Shown: in pieces, positions 23,786-24,000 of the stretch
Position numbering within the stretch: the stretch's first letter is position 1
Layout: every line of letters begins with the position of its first letter
Assembly: GCF_030372765.1 (NCBI RefSeq)
Contig: NZ_JAUCMW010000014.1
Span: 103,163 to 127,162 of the forward strand
Length of the DNA stretch: 24,000 bases
DNA from: Labilibaculum sp. K2S
Lineage (GTDB): Bacteria; Bacteroidota; Bacteroidia; Bacteroidales; Marinifilaceae
Direction: 5' to 3'
Program-made: the position numbers and the translations under genes
The notes under the pieces: generated by a model
What the model was told of the DNA's origin: nothing
Database searches by the model: none
Seen by the model: only the letters and a program-made list of their open reading frames with translations

Positions 23786-24000
23786 TTACATATAAAATTG
23801 AGAAACAACTCCATCTGTTAGATCATCAAAGGTCATAATTTCAATATCCCTATAATCATCAATTATTTCTTTCCATTCATCACTGGAAAATTCCCATCTT
23901 CTACCAACCACTAAAACTCTTTTTGGATACCTTACTTTAATACCATGTTTTTTCTCAACCCAATTCCTGTTGTTTGGGTCTTCAAAATATTCTTTATAAA
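23786..24000 (-). CDS. C-terminal end of a protein whose start lies right of the window; possibly DUF4263/Shedu-like nuclease C-terminus
   Basis: Minus-strand frame open from the window edge to the stop (plus-strand tta at 23786-23788). Sequence: ...YKEYFEDPNNRNWVEKKHGIKVRYPKRVLVVGRRWEFSSDEWKEIIDDYRDIEIMTFDDLTDGVVSQFYM*. The pattern '...VVGRR...(regulatory tail)...IEIxTFDDL' recalls DUF4263 C-termini. Family call is tentative. Confidence 0.5.
   Translation of the reverse strand, partial: YKEYFEDPNNRNWVEKKHGIKVRYPKRVLVVGRRWEFSSDEWKEIIDDYRDIEIMTFDDLTDGVVSQFYM

Noticed and set aside
1-24000. A search by eye for tRNA/rRNA genes and CRISPR arrays.
   Set aside because: I saw no GTTCGAATC-type T-arm contexts outside coding sequence, no rRNA-like conserved blocks, and no regularly spaced short direct repeats.

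Overview
The window looks like a Bacteroidota-type chromosome segment. Core genes lack Shine-Dalgarno motifs, several genes have TAnnTTTG-like -7 boxes, and rbfA sits next to an FtsX/LolE-like permease.

**Positions 1-15 kb: ordinary housekeeping.** Two tandem secreted paralogs, a LolE-like permease, rbfA, a YqaA-like membrane protein, trpS, an outer-membrane (OM) beta-barrel protein, a PlsC-like acyltransferase, a 926-aa multi-PAS histidine kinase, buk, hemN, OM phospholipase A, and an M15/VanY-like peptidase-like protein.

**Positions 15.5-17.6 kb: a small stress-type cluster.** Two roughly 51-aa lmo0937-type membrane peptides, a UspA-family protein, a coiled-coil lipoprotein, and a 128-aa unknown.

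**Positions 17.7-19.2 kb:** a GH30 glycosidase gene bracketed by roughly 110-bp direct repeats, each carrying a terminator hairpin.

**Position ~19.56 kb to the window end: an accessory island.** Its edge is marked by a 140-nt fragment, about 91% identical to the 3' end of the M15-like gene and carrying an in-frame stop. The island is visibly more AT-rich. It holds four co-oriented, functionally unrelated minus-strand genes:
- proline dehydrogenase
- MBL-fold hydrolase
- HAD hydrolase
- the C-terminus of a possible Shedu/DUF4263-like protein

Each complete gene has an SD-like motif that core genes lack. A degenerate group II intron remnant lies on the opposite strand. It is inserted in a hairpin-plus-motif site that also occurs unoccupied 1.3 kb away.

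I found no rRNA, tRNA or CRISPR. I do not see a complete, clearly novel multi-gene system. The cassette-like island and its repeat and intron architecture are the most second-look-worthy part, and any recombinase would lie beyond position 24000.
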